49,305 nucleotides of DNA from a virus (Duplodnaviria; Caudoviricetes): positions 1 to 49,305 of IMG/VR virus record IMGVR_UViG_3300032024_000106, one strand, 5' to 3'. Under the pieces are notes generated by a model that made no database searches, was not told the origin of the DNA, and worked only from the letters and a program-made list of their open reading frames with translations. Both the position numbers and the translations under genes were made by a program. Of this stretch, positions 16,557-25,143 are shown piece by piece (within the stretch, counting starts at the first letter, position 1; the number at the start of each line of letters is the position of its first letter).

Positions 16557-17164
16557 ATTTTGTTGCCCAGCGATCCGATCAGGTCACATTTTTTGAGGTC
16601 CCAGACCTGGTTCATGAAATTCTTGTAGTCCTGCAGATCGTCCTTGAAACGGCACCGGTAGTAATAGGCGCCCGTCCAGGTCAACGCATGGGCATTGACG
16701 GGAGCAGTCGTGAACGTCACCACGCCGGTGGCGCCCACGGAATAATTGGCGGGGTTGACAGTGGACCCATTGTCCTGAATGGCGGGCGCGCCGTTCAGAT
16801 TCATGACGGGTTCGAGAAAGCCGCTGTCTTTCAGCGAGCGTTTGAGCTGGAAGGCCACGGTGGTCCCGTCTCCCGTTCCGAAGCTCTGCAGCGTCGCCTG
16901 GTTGTCCCACCAGTTGCTGAACAGAAAATTGTCGAAAGCGCCTTGCCGTGCCAGGAAGAAATCAAAGATGTTTTGCAGCTCCGCATAGCCCGCCGCGGCG
17001 CGCAGAAAGTTGTACACCAGCGTCATGTCGTAGACCGGGTAGCTCATGTAAGCCACGCGAGTCTCTGAGCCAGTGACGGCTGACTGGATATTGGTGTTGA
17101 ACCTGGGACGCTGCACCAGGTCCCATCCCCGCCCGGCCAATGTGGGAAAGATCGCGTTCGACAT
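16553..17164 (-). CDS. distal tail protein (DUF2460-like)
   Basis: SGSETRV, FFLARQGAFDNFLF, FGTGDG and YYYRCRF motifs; follows the tape measure gene. Confidence 0.85.
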   Translation of the reverse strand: MSNAIFPTLAGRGWDLVQRPRFNTNIQSAVTGSETRVAYMSYPVYDMTLVYNFLRAAAGYAELQNIFDFFLARQGAFDNFLFSNWWDNQATLQSFGTGDGTTVAFQLKRSLKDSGFLEPVMNLNGAPAIQDNGSTVNPANYSVGATGVVTFTTAPVNAHALTWTGAYYYRCRFKDDLQDYKNFMNQVWDLKKCDLIGSLGNKI

Positions 17165-17176
17165 GACGGGACCGGG

Positions 17177-19750
17177 CTACCGGAAACCTTTGCGGTGCAG
17201 CTCTTCAAGCGCCTTTCTCAGGACGCCACCTTGTCTCAGGGAACGCAGAATGTCCCGGCTGTCATTCGACTTGACGTTGATGCTCAATGCCGATCCGCCG
17301 CCACCGTCGGCTATCTGATCGCGCAACGGATTGGCAATATCTTTCGGCAGCACCATTTCCTCCTCGTGCATCTGCACCAGCGGATTGACGCCGGTCGGAA
17401 CGTCGAAACCGCCAGCCGCAGACGCGATCTTGCCGACGAAGCCGAGCACCGTCGCCGCGGCCGCGATCGCCATGGCGGGCGCGAGGAACGGGCCCACCAC
17501 CGGGATCTGTGCAATGGAGGCGTACACGCTGGACGCCGCTTCCCACGCCTTGGCGCCGATGTTTTTCATGGCGGAACCCAGCGTGAAGCCGGTGGACGCC
17601 GTGGCGCCGGCGGACTCCGCGGCAGTGCGCACCGCGACGCCAGTCTGCGTCGCACCGCTCTTGATGATCTCTGTTTTAATCCAGTCCGCAGCCATTTTGA
17701 CAAGCATATTGGCGTATGACAGCGCAATCCCGTCTAGCATTTTCAGCGTCATTTGCCGCAGGGTCTGCGTGCCCTGCAGCACGCCGCTCACCATGCCGCT
17801 CAGCGCCTGGGTCAGCGGATCGAACCAGGTGTCGAGCGTTTTTTTCTTGTCTTGGGCGATCTGCCCGTCGATCTGGGCCAGATCGAGCTTGTGCTTCTCC
17901 GCGAGCTGCTTGATGCGGTCCAGCGCCTGCTGATAGGCAACGGGATCCTTTTCGAGCAGCGCCGCGCGGTCCTGCGCAGCCTTGAGCTCGATCTGGTACT
18001 CGATCTCCTTGAGTTCCTTCAGCCGCGCCAGTTTCTGTTCGGCTGTGATAATGCCCAGGCTTTCGAGCATGTCGAGGTTCTGGCGCTCGAGATATACGCG
18101 CGAGGTCTGGTATTGGCGCTGGCGCTCGATGGCCAGTTCATCGAGCTTGTCCATCTGGTCCTTGCGCTCCCGCGCAAGTTTGGACATCTCCGCCAGCGCG
18201 GAGCGGTATTCCTTGCTCTCCAGCCCGAACTTCTCACCGATCTTGGCCGCAGACTCGCCGGCCAGTTGAATCCGCTCCACGGAGCCCTGCTTGTGGGCCT
18301 CGATGCGGGACTTGATGTCCTCAATCTCCCGCTCGAAGGCATCCTTGCGGAGATCGCGCTCGACAGCGTAGTATTTCTTGGAGACGGCCGCCTGTTCTTC
18401 CTTATTCAGCTTTTGCGTGTTAAGGATGTTTTTCCAAAAGTCGCGTTCCATCGCCTTCGTGAATTGCTGGAACGTGCCCGCGAGCATCTGCTCTTTGTCA
18501 TACGCATCGCGGCGCGCGGCGAGTTCGGCTTCGAATTGGGAGAGACGCGAACCCTCCAATTTAGGCGTATATTTCCGGTCGCCGCCTGGTTTCGGAGCAT
18601 TGCCCTGACCCTGCTCCGCGTTCGGATCGAACAGCGCCTGCAGCCGATCGCGGGTTTTTTCGCTCGACTTGAGGGTTTCCTCGAAGGCGTTTTCCCACGC
18701 GGCCTTCACGTTCGGCACGATCTGCCGCAGCCGCGCGCCGGCCGCGGCGAAGTTGCCGCCTAGGGCCAGCGCCATCGCCTCGCCGAAGCCGACCATCGGC
18801 TCCGTGACGTTGAACAGGAACGCCTTCACCAACTGCCAGACGATGGTGACGGCATTGGCGAGCCCGTACCACACACTCACGAAACCGCCCACCACGCCTC
18901 GCATGGTTGTGACCGCGGCCGGGCCCAGGCTCGACATCCACTCCGCGAAATCGCTGAGCACCGGCATCAGCGCCTGGCCGATGCGGTTTTTCAGCGCTCC
19001 GTAAACGTCTCCCACATCGTTCATCGCGCTCTTGTAGCGCTCCGCGCTGGCCACACCTTCCGGGCCGATTTCAAGTTCCAGTTCCTGGGCCTTCTGCCGC
19101 GCCGCCTCCATCACCGCCGGCGTGAGCTTCATCACCCGGTTCACCTCTTGCCAGCCCTTGCCGAAAAACTCCGTGGCGGCGAGGTTGCGGTCGGTGCCCT
19201 CCCTGAATTTAAGCAGCGCCTGCATCGCGTTCTGCACAATCTTATCGGTGGAGAGCAGTTCTCCGTTCGCGCCGCGGGTCTTGACGCCCAGCTCGTTGAA
19301 CCGCTCCTCGCCTTCGCGCAATTTCATGGTCATCTTACCGACCATGCCGGTGTAGGTTTCTGTCTCCACGCCGATGTCATCGAGCGCGATCTTCAGCGCG
19401 GAGGCTTCCTGCGTGGTGGTGCCCAGCATGCTGGCAAGCTTTTCGGTCTCGACCGTCGCCTTACTGGCGTCCGATGCGAATTTGTTTAGGAATGCTGCGC
19501 CGGTGACCACCGCCGCAGCCCCGACGAGGACGCCGCGGAAGCTCTTGATCGTCTCTTTCAGGCCATCGAACTGGCTGCTCGTCTGCTTCGTCATGCCGGC
19601 CGCGGACTGGCCCATCTGGTAGAAGCCCTCGCGCCACGACGACTGCATTTTTTGCGCGTCCGTGATCGCCCGCTGCGCGGCGGCATCCATCTCCGCGTTG
19701 AACTGCGATGCGGAGGCGGTGATCTCGGTATGGAAACGTTGCTCAGCCAT
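17177..19750 (-). CDS. tail tape measure protein
   Basis: 857 aa, Ala-rich helical/coiled-coil, C-terminal SAAGGFDVP...MHEEEMVLP. Start corrected to MAEQRF at 19750. Confidence 0.92.
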   Translation of the reverse strand: MAEQRFHTEITASASQFNAEMDAAAQRAITDAQKMQSSWREGFYQMGQSAAGMTKQTSSQFDGLKETIKSFRGVLVGAAAVVTGAAFLNKFASDASKATVETEKLASMLGTTTQEASALKIALDDIGVETETYTGMVGKMTMKLREGEERFNELGVKTRGANGELLSTDKIVQNAMQALLKFREGTDRNLAATEFFGKGWQEVNRVMKLTPAVMEAARQKAQELELEIGPEGVASAERYKSAMNDVGDVYGALKNRIGQALMPVLSDFAEWMSSLGPAAVTTMRGVVGGFVSVWYGLANAVTIVWQLVKAFLFNVTEPMVGFGEAMALALGGNFAAAGARLRQIVPNVKAAWENAFEETLKSSEKTRDRLQALFDPNAEQGQGNAPKPGGDRKYTPKLEGSRLSQFEAELAARRDAYDKEQMLAGTFQQFTKAMERDFWKNILNTQKLNKEEQAAVSKKYYAVERDLRKDAFEREIEDIKSRIEAHKQGSVERIQLAGESAAKIGEKFGLESKEYRSALAEMSKLARERKDQMDKLDELAIERQRQYQTSRVYLERQNLDMLESLGIITAEQKLARLKELKEIEYQIELKAAQDRAALLEKDPVAYQQALDRIKQLAEKHKLDLAQIDGQIAQDKKKTLDTWFDPLTQALSGMVSGVLQGTQTLRQMTLKMLDGIALSYANMLVKMAADWIKTEIIKSGATQTGVAVRTAAESAGATASTGFTLGSAMKNIGAKAWEAASSVYASIAQIPVVGPFLAPAMAIAAAATVLGFVGKIASAAGGFDVPTGVNPLVQMHEEEMVLPKDIANPLRDQIADGGGGSALSINVKSNDSRDILRSLRQGGVLRKALEELHRKGFR

Positions 19751-20039
19751 GGTCTTGAGGTCCGTCAGGAAACAGCTTGTCAAAGATCGCGCTGGTGTCG
19801 TCCTTCGCGCCGGAGGACGATTCAGCGCTTGCGGCCGCGTCGAAGCGCACGCCCAGCGCACCGGCGATTATTGCCGCGGCGATGTGCGTCGGCGGGGAGG
19901 TGCGCCAGTAGGCCGTCAGTGTTTTCAGCCGGGGAATGTCGAGCTGCTCGTCGGCTTCTTCCCATGTCCAGCCGAGGGATTGGCACACGTGCGCCGTGAT
20001 GCCGTCGAGGTCGGGAAACTCCCCGGCGTCTACTCCCCC
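19743..20039 (-). CDS. tail assembly chaperone GT, C-terminal part (reached by -1 frameshift)
   Basis: The frame is open from the slippery heptamer GGGGGAG (20039-20033) and reads GGVDAGEFPDLDGITAHVCQSLGWTW... Confidence 0.7.
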   Translation of the reverse strand, partial: GGVDAGEFPDLDGITAHVCQSLGWTWEEADEQLDIPRLKTLTAYWRTSPPTHIAAAIIAGALGVRFDAAASAESSSGAKDDTSAIFDKLFPDGPQDHG

Positions 20040-20341
20040 GCTTTGGCCTCCACCTCCTCGAATCCGGAAGTCTTCATCAGCGCCGGCATGACGATCTGGA
20101 TGTTGCCTAAGTCGAGCTGGTCGCCCAGCACCTCTTCGGTGAGCGCCGGATAGTTGCGCTTGAGGGCCAGGTAAACGAGGTCGAACATTACGTCGAAATC
20201 CTGGTCGTCAATCGTCGTCGGATCGACAACGCCCTTCATGGCGCGGATCAGGAAGGGCTTGTGTTTTTTGAGCGCCGCGAAGTTGAGCGGCGGAATCAGA
20301 TATTTTTGGCCGCCGAGGGTAACGTTGGTGCCGGGAATCAT
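20030..20341 (-). CDS. tail assembly chaperone G
   Basis: 103 aa, strong RBS AGGAGGAG, ends ...AKAGE at the slippery site, upstream of the tape measure gene. Confidence 0.8.
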   Translation of the reverse strand: MIPGTNVTLGGQKYLIPPLNFAALKKHKPFLIRAMKGVVDPTTIDDQDFDVMFDLVYLALKRNYPALTEEVLGDQLDLGNIQIVMPALMKTSGFEEVEAKAGE

Positions 20342-20351
20342 GCTGCTCCTC

Positions 20352-20903
20352 CTAATGGGTCAGACTGGTTGCGACATCGACCGCATTGGCTGCGTCCATG
20401 CCTATATGCTCGATGTGTTTATAGATCAACGGATTGCGGAGCGATACGAACTTATCCACGGCTGCGATGACTCGCGCGCGGCGCGCGGACAGGAAGGCGG
20501 TGCGGTCGCGGAAATACGCGGGGAGTTCGGTCTTGTCCAGGTAGTTCGGAACGGCGTCGAGCGTGCGCTCCCAGATTTTCCGGGCCGTTGCGCGATCGAA
20601 CCCATAGTCGATGCCTTTTTTTTCCTTGAGCAGGTCGAGCATGAAATCCCGCTCGATGGCGTCCCAGCGTTCGATAGCGCCCAGCACGTCGAGCACGCGC
20701 AAGCGATTACGGCACGCTTCGGCGACGCTGCCACAGGGAAAATACGGGACGCAATGCACGAGCTCATACTCGGCCACGAGCTTCATCACGGAGAGAAACC
20801 GGGTAGTGATCTCGGCCGGGGTTTCTCCTGCAATGCGCGCAACCTCCTCGACGGGGATGCCGTTGAGGAGGTTGGCGATCTGGAGCTTGAGGGTTTCGTC
20901 CAC
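20352..20903 (-). CDS. hypothetical protein inserted in the tail operon
   Basis: 183 aa ORF with a GTG start filling the gap between the tail tube and chaperone genes. Confidence 0.6.
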   Translation of the reverse strand: MDETLKLQIANLLNGIPVEEVARIAGETPAEITTRFLSVMKLVAEYELVHCVPYFPCGSVAEACRNRLRVLDVLGAIERWDAIERDFMLDLLKEKKGIDYGFDRATARKIWERTLDAVPNYLDKTELPAYFRDRTAFLSARRARVIAAVDKFVSLRNPLIYKHIEHIGMDAANAVDVATSLTH

Positions 20904-20909
20904 GGGGGA

Positions 20910-21641
20910 TCAGGACGCTTCGGCGAGGCTCCAGGTGCCGATGTTGTTTCCGGCATCGGCGAACGAGGAAAAATCGAGGTCCTTCATGCCGAAGTCCTCG
21001 AGCTTGGTGCCCCAACCGAATTTGCTGAACACGTTTGAATTCAGCGTCAGTGTGTTGCGTTTGCTGTTGAAGTTCTGCGTCAGAACGGCCTTGAAGGTCG
21101 GCGCGTCACCGATCAGCGGATTGGTGATGGTGATCTGCTCGCCGGAGGCCGCGATCGTGTAGGTGTAGCTGATCTTCATGGCCAGCCCGGTGTCGGCGGC
21201 GGCGAAGGTGTAGACGCCGGCGGCAACGCTGTACTGCCCGGTAGCCGGCGCACTCGCCACACGCACGAGCGGAATGCCGGTCGTGGCGTTGTACACGCCG
21301 AGATCGGTCGCCCATTGGGCGCTGTTGGCCACCGTGATCGCGAACGGCGTGGTGGGCACGGTGCCTGCCTCGTCCTGCGCAACGGAGGTCTGGCCGGCGG
21401 CCTTGCTGCCGTTGAAAAACAGGTTCATCAAACGCCCGGACATGCGCGCGTTCTTCGCCTTGCACGCGATCTTGCCTGAGCCGCGGCCCACCGCTACTGG
21501 AAACGCGTAAGTGCCGCTGAGTTCCTTGTTGGAAAAGCTGAATTCCACGCTGGCGTCCTGCAGGATGCCGAAAGGAACGGGCGTGGAGTTGGCGGCCGAA
21601 TCGATGGCCCAGGCGGAACCGGAACCGAAACCGAATTGCAT
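20910..21641 (-). CDS. major tail tube protein
   Basis: MQFGFGSG...FGILQDASVEFS...FPVAVGRG; RBS AAAGGAG; position in the tail operon. Confidence 0.8.
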   Translation of the reverse strand: MQFGFGSGSAWAIDSAANSTPVPFGILQDASVEFSFSNKELSGTYAFPVAVGRGSGKIACKAKNARMSGRLMNLFFNGSKAAGQTSVAQDEAGTVPTTPFAITVANSAQWATDLGVYNATTGIPLVRVASAPATGQYSVAAGVYTFAAADTGLAMKISYTYTIAASGEQITITNPLIGDAPTFKAVLTQNFNSKRNTLTLNSNVFSKFGWGTKLEDFGMKDLDFSSFADAGNNIGTWSLAEAS

Positions 21642-21700
21642 GGCAGTCTCCTTTTAATACGGTAAATTGAAAATGAAAACGGTGAATCGCGAAATGCCGG

Positions 21701-21907
21701 TTACGCGTCGCGCGCGGCGAACAGCTCTTTCAGCTTGTCCCTGGCGGCGAGCGCCTGGTTGTAGCAGTCGGTGCGATGCGCGATGGGCGGCTGCTGGAAT
21801 TGCTCCACAAACCAGCGGTCGATGATCTCCGCGGTTGTTCCGTTCACGACTGGCGTTGCCGGCGACTTCGCCGCCGGGCCCGAAGTTGATTTCGTGTCTT
21901 CGTTCAT
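21701..21907 (-). CDS. hypothetical protein
   Basis: 68 aa, RBS AAAGGAG, IIDRWFVEQF motif. Confidence 0.7.
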   Translation of the reverse strand: MNEDTKSTSGPAAKSPATPVVNGTTAEIIDRWFVEQFQQPPIAHRTDCYNQALAARDKLKELFAARDA

Positions 21908-21943
21908 GTGTTCTCCTTTGAAAATAATAGTGAATATTCGCGA

Positions 21944-22390
21944 TCAAGGCCCGGCGTCCACCGCGGTCGCACGGCTCAGGAACCGGAATGCGTAGCGCAC
22001 AGTCAGAAGCCCGGGCGTGCGGTTGCCGGGATCGCCCGCCCAGCGCACGCTGACTTTGCGCACGCGCGCGAGGATCGCGGCCCAGCCGGCGTAGGCCATG
22101 ATCCGCGCGTGCATCGCGACGAGGATGACGTCGGCGAGGGTCTCCCACACGACGCCCTGCTCGGCGGTCACGTAGATCTCGATCTCGACCATCATCTCGT
22201 TGTCGTCGATTTCCTCGGAGAACACGCGGGACTGCTCGTCCTCGGCGCGGATGTTGATCGACCCGGCCTCGCGTTCGGAATACGAATCTTCTCGCCCGCG
22301 CTCGACACGGCCCAGCACCTCCGGGATCTGCGGCGCCGCCAGCAGCGCGGTTTTGACGTGCTCGCGGAGCTGTTCGGAAAAGGAGGCCAT
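21944..22390 (-). CDS. tail terminator-like protein (lambda U-like)
   Basis: 148 aa; size and position between the head-tail joining and tail tube genes. Confidence 0.6.
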   Translation of the reverse strand: MASFSEQLREHVKTALLAAPQIPEVLGRVERGREDSYSEREAGSINIRAEDEQSRVFSEEIDDNEMMVEIEIYVTAEQGVVWETLADVILVAMHARIMAYAGWAAILARVRKVSVRWAGDPGNRTPGLLTVRYAFRFLSRATAVDAGP

Positions 22391-22393
22391 GCA

Positions 22394-22699
22394 TCACACC
22401 TTGGAAAGCGGAACGCTCACCCGGCTGCCGTCGAGTTCGGTGCGAGGATCTTCGCGGACCTTGTACGCGACGCCGTCCACCGTGACGGTCTCCCCGCGCT
22501 TCAGGCCGGCAAGCTGCGCCGCGGGATAGCTGATCGTGGGGTCCACCGTAAAGGCTTCTCCGGACAGCACATCGCGCGCCGGCTGGGTAAAGCAGGCATC
22601 CGCGGTCTGCGCCGCGCCGCCGCCGGAAGGTGTCCATGACACGGGCTTGAGCATGCCGGCGAGCTTGGCAGCAGCGAAGAATCCCTCGGTGGACAGCAT
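22394..22699 (-). CDS. head-tail joining protein (lambda FII-like)
   Basis: GLKRGETVTVDGVAYKV...DG beta-barrel motif. Confidence 0.75.
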   Translation of the reverse strand: MLSTEGFFAAAKLAGMLKPVSWTPSGGGAAQTADACFTQPARDVLSGEAFTVDPTISYPAAQLAGLKRGETVTVDGVAYKVREDPRTELDGSRVSVPLSKV

Positions 22700-22708
22700 G
22701 GACGCCTG

Positions 22709-23128
22709 TTATTCCTGCGCGTTATCGTTGCCGGACAGCAGATCCCGGGATTCACCGGTGCCGGGAGCGGCACCCGCCCCGGCAGCCGCCGCGTCCTGTT
22801 GGCGCTGGCGGTCTTCCTCATTGAGCCCAGCCTCGATGCGCTGCCTTTCCTCCGCGTCAGCCTTGGCCTTGGCTTCGGCTTTCGCCTTGGCCTTGCTCCG
22901 CGTTTCTGCTTCGGCCTTGCCCTGGGCTTCCTGCTCAGCCCGCTCTTTGGCTTCGCGCTCCGCGGGCGTCAGATCCGCATCAGCGAATTCCCGCAGCGCG
23001 CCGCACGCCAGCAGGCCCTTGGCCTGATCCGTGTCCATGGTTACGACGCTACCCGCCGCAATCGGTTCATCGTCCGGTTTGCGGCGGTTGTCGATGGTGT
23101 CGATTGCCACATATCTTTTCTTTGCCAT
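22709..23128 (-). CDS. hypothetical protein after the capsid gene (FI-like position), A/E/K-rich tail
   Basis: Start MAKKRY at 23128 with RBS GGAGG. Confidence 0.7.
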   Translation of the reverse strand: MAKKRYVAIDTIDNRRKPDDEPIAAGSVVTMDTDQAKGLLACGALREFADADLTPAEREAKERAEQEAQGKAEAETRSKAKAKAEAKAKADAEERQRIEAGLNEEDRQRQQDAAAAGAGAAPGTGESRDLLSGNDNAQE

Positions 23129-23164
23129 ATGACCTCCGGTTATCGCGCCGAACGGCGCGTCAAG

Positions 23165-23193
23165 AAAAAGGCCAGGCATGGAAGCCCGGCCTT
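23165..23193 (-). terminator. intrinsic terminator after the major capsid gene
   Basis: AAGGCCGGGC-TTCCAT-GCCTGGCCTTTTT on the minus strand. Confidence 0.7.
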
Positions 23194-23216
23194 CTTGATG
23201 CCGCGTCGTGCTGCTA

Positions 23217-24233
23217 TCAGGAATAGACCGTTGCGCGGAAGCTCGCGTTGACGCGATACGGCACCACCAGCGGGGCCGATTGCGTCATTAGGAAGCGCAC
23301 CGCCGGGTCTTCGGTGACCCAGCTTTTCGGGAAATACTGCATCGCCTGGTAACCGGCCTTCTCGTCGCGGATGGCGCCGAACGCGCGGTAGCCGTCGATC
23401 TTCTCCGATCCCATGATCACGGTGTAGTCCGGCAGGATTGGCTGTTCGACACCGGACGAATCCACATACCAGCCGGAATACACGTAGATGCTCCAGCCCC
23501 GGATGATGCCCATGAACACGCCGCCCTCCTCGATCGCCGCGTCGGTCACCAACGTGGAGTTGCCGCGGAACCGGTCGAGCTCCGCTTTCACGTCGGCATC
23601 GGCCTTGAACAGGTTCCAGGCTTTCAGGTCCATGACGACCTTGCGGGGCATCGTGCCGCTTTTCTTTAGAACCGCTTGCCCCCAGGTCTCGAGGTTGTCG
23701 AGCGGCTTGATGCCGGACTCGCCCCAGCGGTTCGGGGTGGTCAGCGTGACCTGCAGCGTGCCGTCACGGCCGTAGCTCACCACTACGGTCGGGTAACCCT
23801 CACCCTCCACGGTGACCTGCCCGAGACGCAGCGCTTCGGACGCCATGACCTCCATGCGGCGCTGGATCATCTCGACCTGATCCTGCAACTCGCTGGCCAG
23901 CGTGAGCTGGATGCGCTGCGCAGGCGTCCAGCTGCCGCCGATCTGCTCGCCCTTGGCGCGGCGCAGCGGACGGCTGGGATCGAATACCCGCTTATCTTTG
24001 ACATACGCCGGTTTGAAGGTCTTGGTGGTAAAGCCGAGGCTTTCGACGATCACGCCCTCGCGCAGCGGCGAGACGAACGGCGCGATGCGACGCTTGCCGT
24101 TTTCCTGGTCGAAGTGGATCTCCTCAGTGGTTTCTTCCTGGATGTTCGGGAAGTAGGTGTCGAGCAGGAACGAAGGCGGAACGAACAGACTTTTGACGAC
24201 GCCCGCCAGTACCGCAGTGGCATAAATGTCCAT
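23217..24233 (-). CDS. major capsid protein (lambda E family)
   Basis: RIAPFVSP...TFKPAYVKDK...MTQSAPLVVP motifs. Confidence 0.95.
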   Translation of the reverse strand: MDIYATAVLAGVVKSLFVPPSFLLDTYFPNIQEETTEEIHFDQENGKRRIAPFVSPLREGVIVESLGFTTKTFKPAYVKDKRVFDPSRPLRRAKGEQIGGSWTPAQRIQLTLASELQDQVEMIQRRMEVMASEALRLGQVTVEGEGYPTVVVSYGRDGTLQVTLTTPNRWGESGIKPLDNLETWGQAVLKKSGTMPRKVVMDLKAWNLFKADADVKAELDRFRGNSTLVTDAAIEEGGVFMGIIRGWSIYVYSGWYVDSSGVEQPILPDYTVIMGSEKIDGYRAFGAIRDEKAGYQAMQYFPKSWVTEDPAVRFLMTQSAPLVVPYRVNASFRATVYS

Positions 24234-24282
24234 CTTTAAATCTCCTTGTTAAGAGGGAAGTGGTTGTTACGCGGGACGCCGG

Positions 24283-25062
24283 TCAGGCGGCTACGCCTGG
24301 GGTGACGAGATTGATGCCTTTACCACGCAGAACTTCGCGCACGCTGGCAGCGGTATGCCCGGTGCCGAAGGTGATGGCGGTGACGTTGAAATCACCGCGG
24401 AAATGCGCCTGGGTGATTTTCTCGGCGGCAGAGGCGTCGCAGTCCTCCATCAGAACTGCATCCGGCACCTGCGATCCATCGATGGCCGCGGCCAGGGAAA
24501 GGATGTATTTGCCGGAGCCCGCCGCTATGGTGATCAGGAACGTGTCGCCGACGATGAAGTCCGTGGCGCCGTCCGCAATGACGAACTTGATGTCGTCATC
24601 GAAGGTCGCGCCCACGGCCACGTCGCCCAGCACGGCGCCGTCCGGGTCCTCGACGCGGAAGGTGCCGCCGTTCGCGGCCGCGGTGATGAGGGTGGCCTTG
24701 TAGACACCTTGCTTGGCGCCGGCGCGGACGGGGTTCGTAGCGTCCAGCGTCATCACCCCGTTACCGGTGTTTCCGGCGTGCGTCTCGGATGCGCCGGCAA
24801 GGGTGATTTTGCCAAGCAGCGCTCCGCGCAGAAGCGCGGCCGTGCCCGACGGAATGGTCACACTCCGGGTAAGCAGCATGTCGGGGTCGCCGGCCAGCAG
24901 CTTATCCGGAGCGTAGGTGCCTTCGGTGCCGAAGGATGCGACCGTCGCCATGCCCATTCCTATGATTGCATCGTTGGGCGTCAACGGCACCCCGGCCGCG
25001 AACACGGCCAGGGACACTACCGCCAGGATGGCGAACGAGATGAAAAACGATTTTGCTTTCAT
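24283..25062 (-). CDS. head decoration protein (lambda D-like) with an N-terminal hydrophobic leader
   Basis: LLRGALLGKI and DGSQVPDAVL...FRGDFN motifs; located between the protease and capsid genes. Confidence 0.8.
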   Translation of the reverse strand: MKAKSFFISFAILAVVSLAVFAAGVPLTPNDAIIGMGMATVASFGTEGTYAPDKLLAGDPDMLLTRSVTIPSGTAALLRGALLGKITLAGASETHAGNTGNGVMTLDATNPVRAGAKQGVYKATLITAAANGGTFRVEDPDGAVLGDVAVGATFDDDIKFVIADGATDFIVGDTFLITIAAGSGKYILSLAAAIDGSQVPDAVLMEDCDASAAEKITQAHFRGDFNVTAITFGTGHTAASVREVLRGKGINLVTPGVAA

Positions 25063-25143
25063 GATTTTCCTTTTTGAGTAGATGTGAAATTTGGACGCCT
25101 GATACCAACCAGGCGCGGTAACTGTGAGGCTGTGGATCTGTGG

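Noticed and set aside
22850-22965. Tandem GCC-TT(G/C) repeats
   Set aside because: Explained by low-complexity A/K/E coding sequence in 22709-23128.
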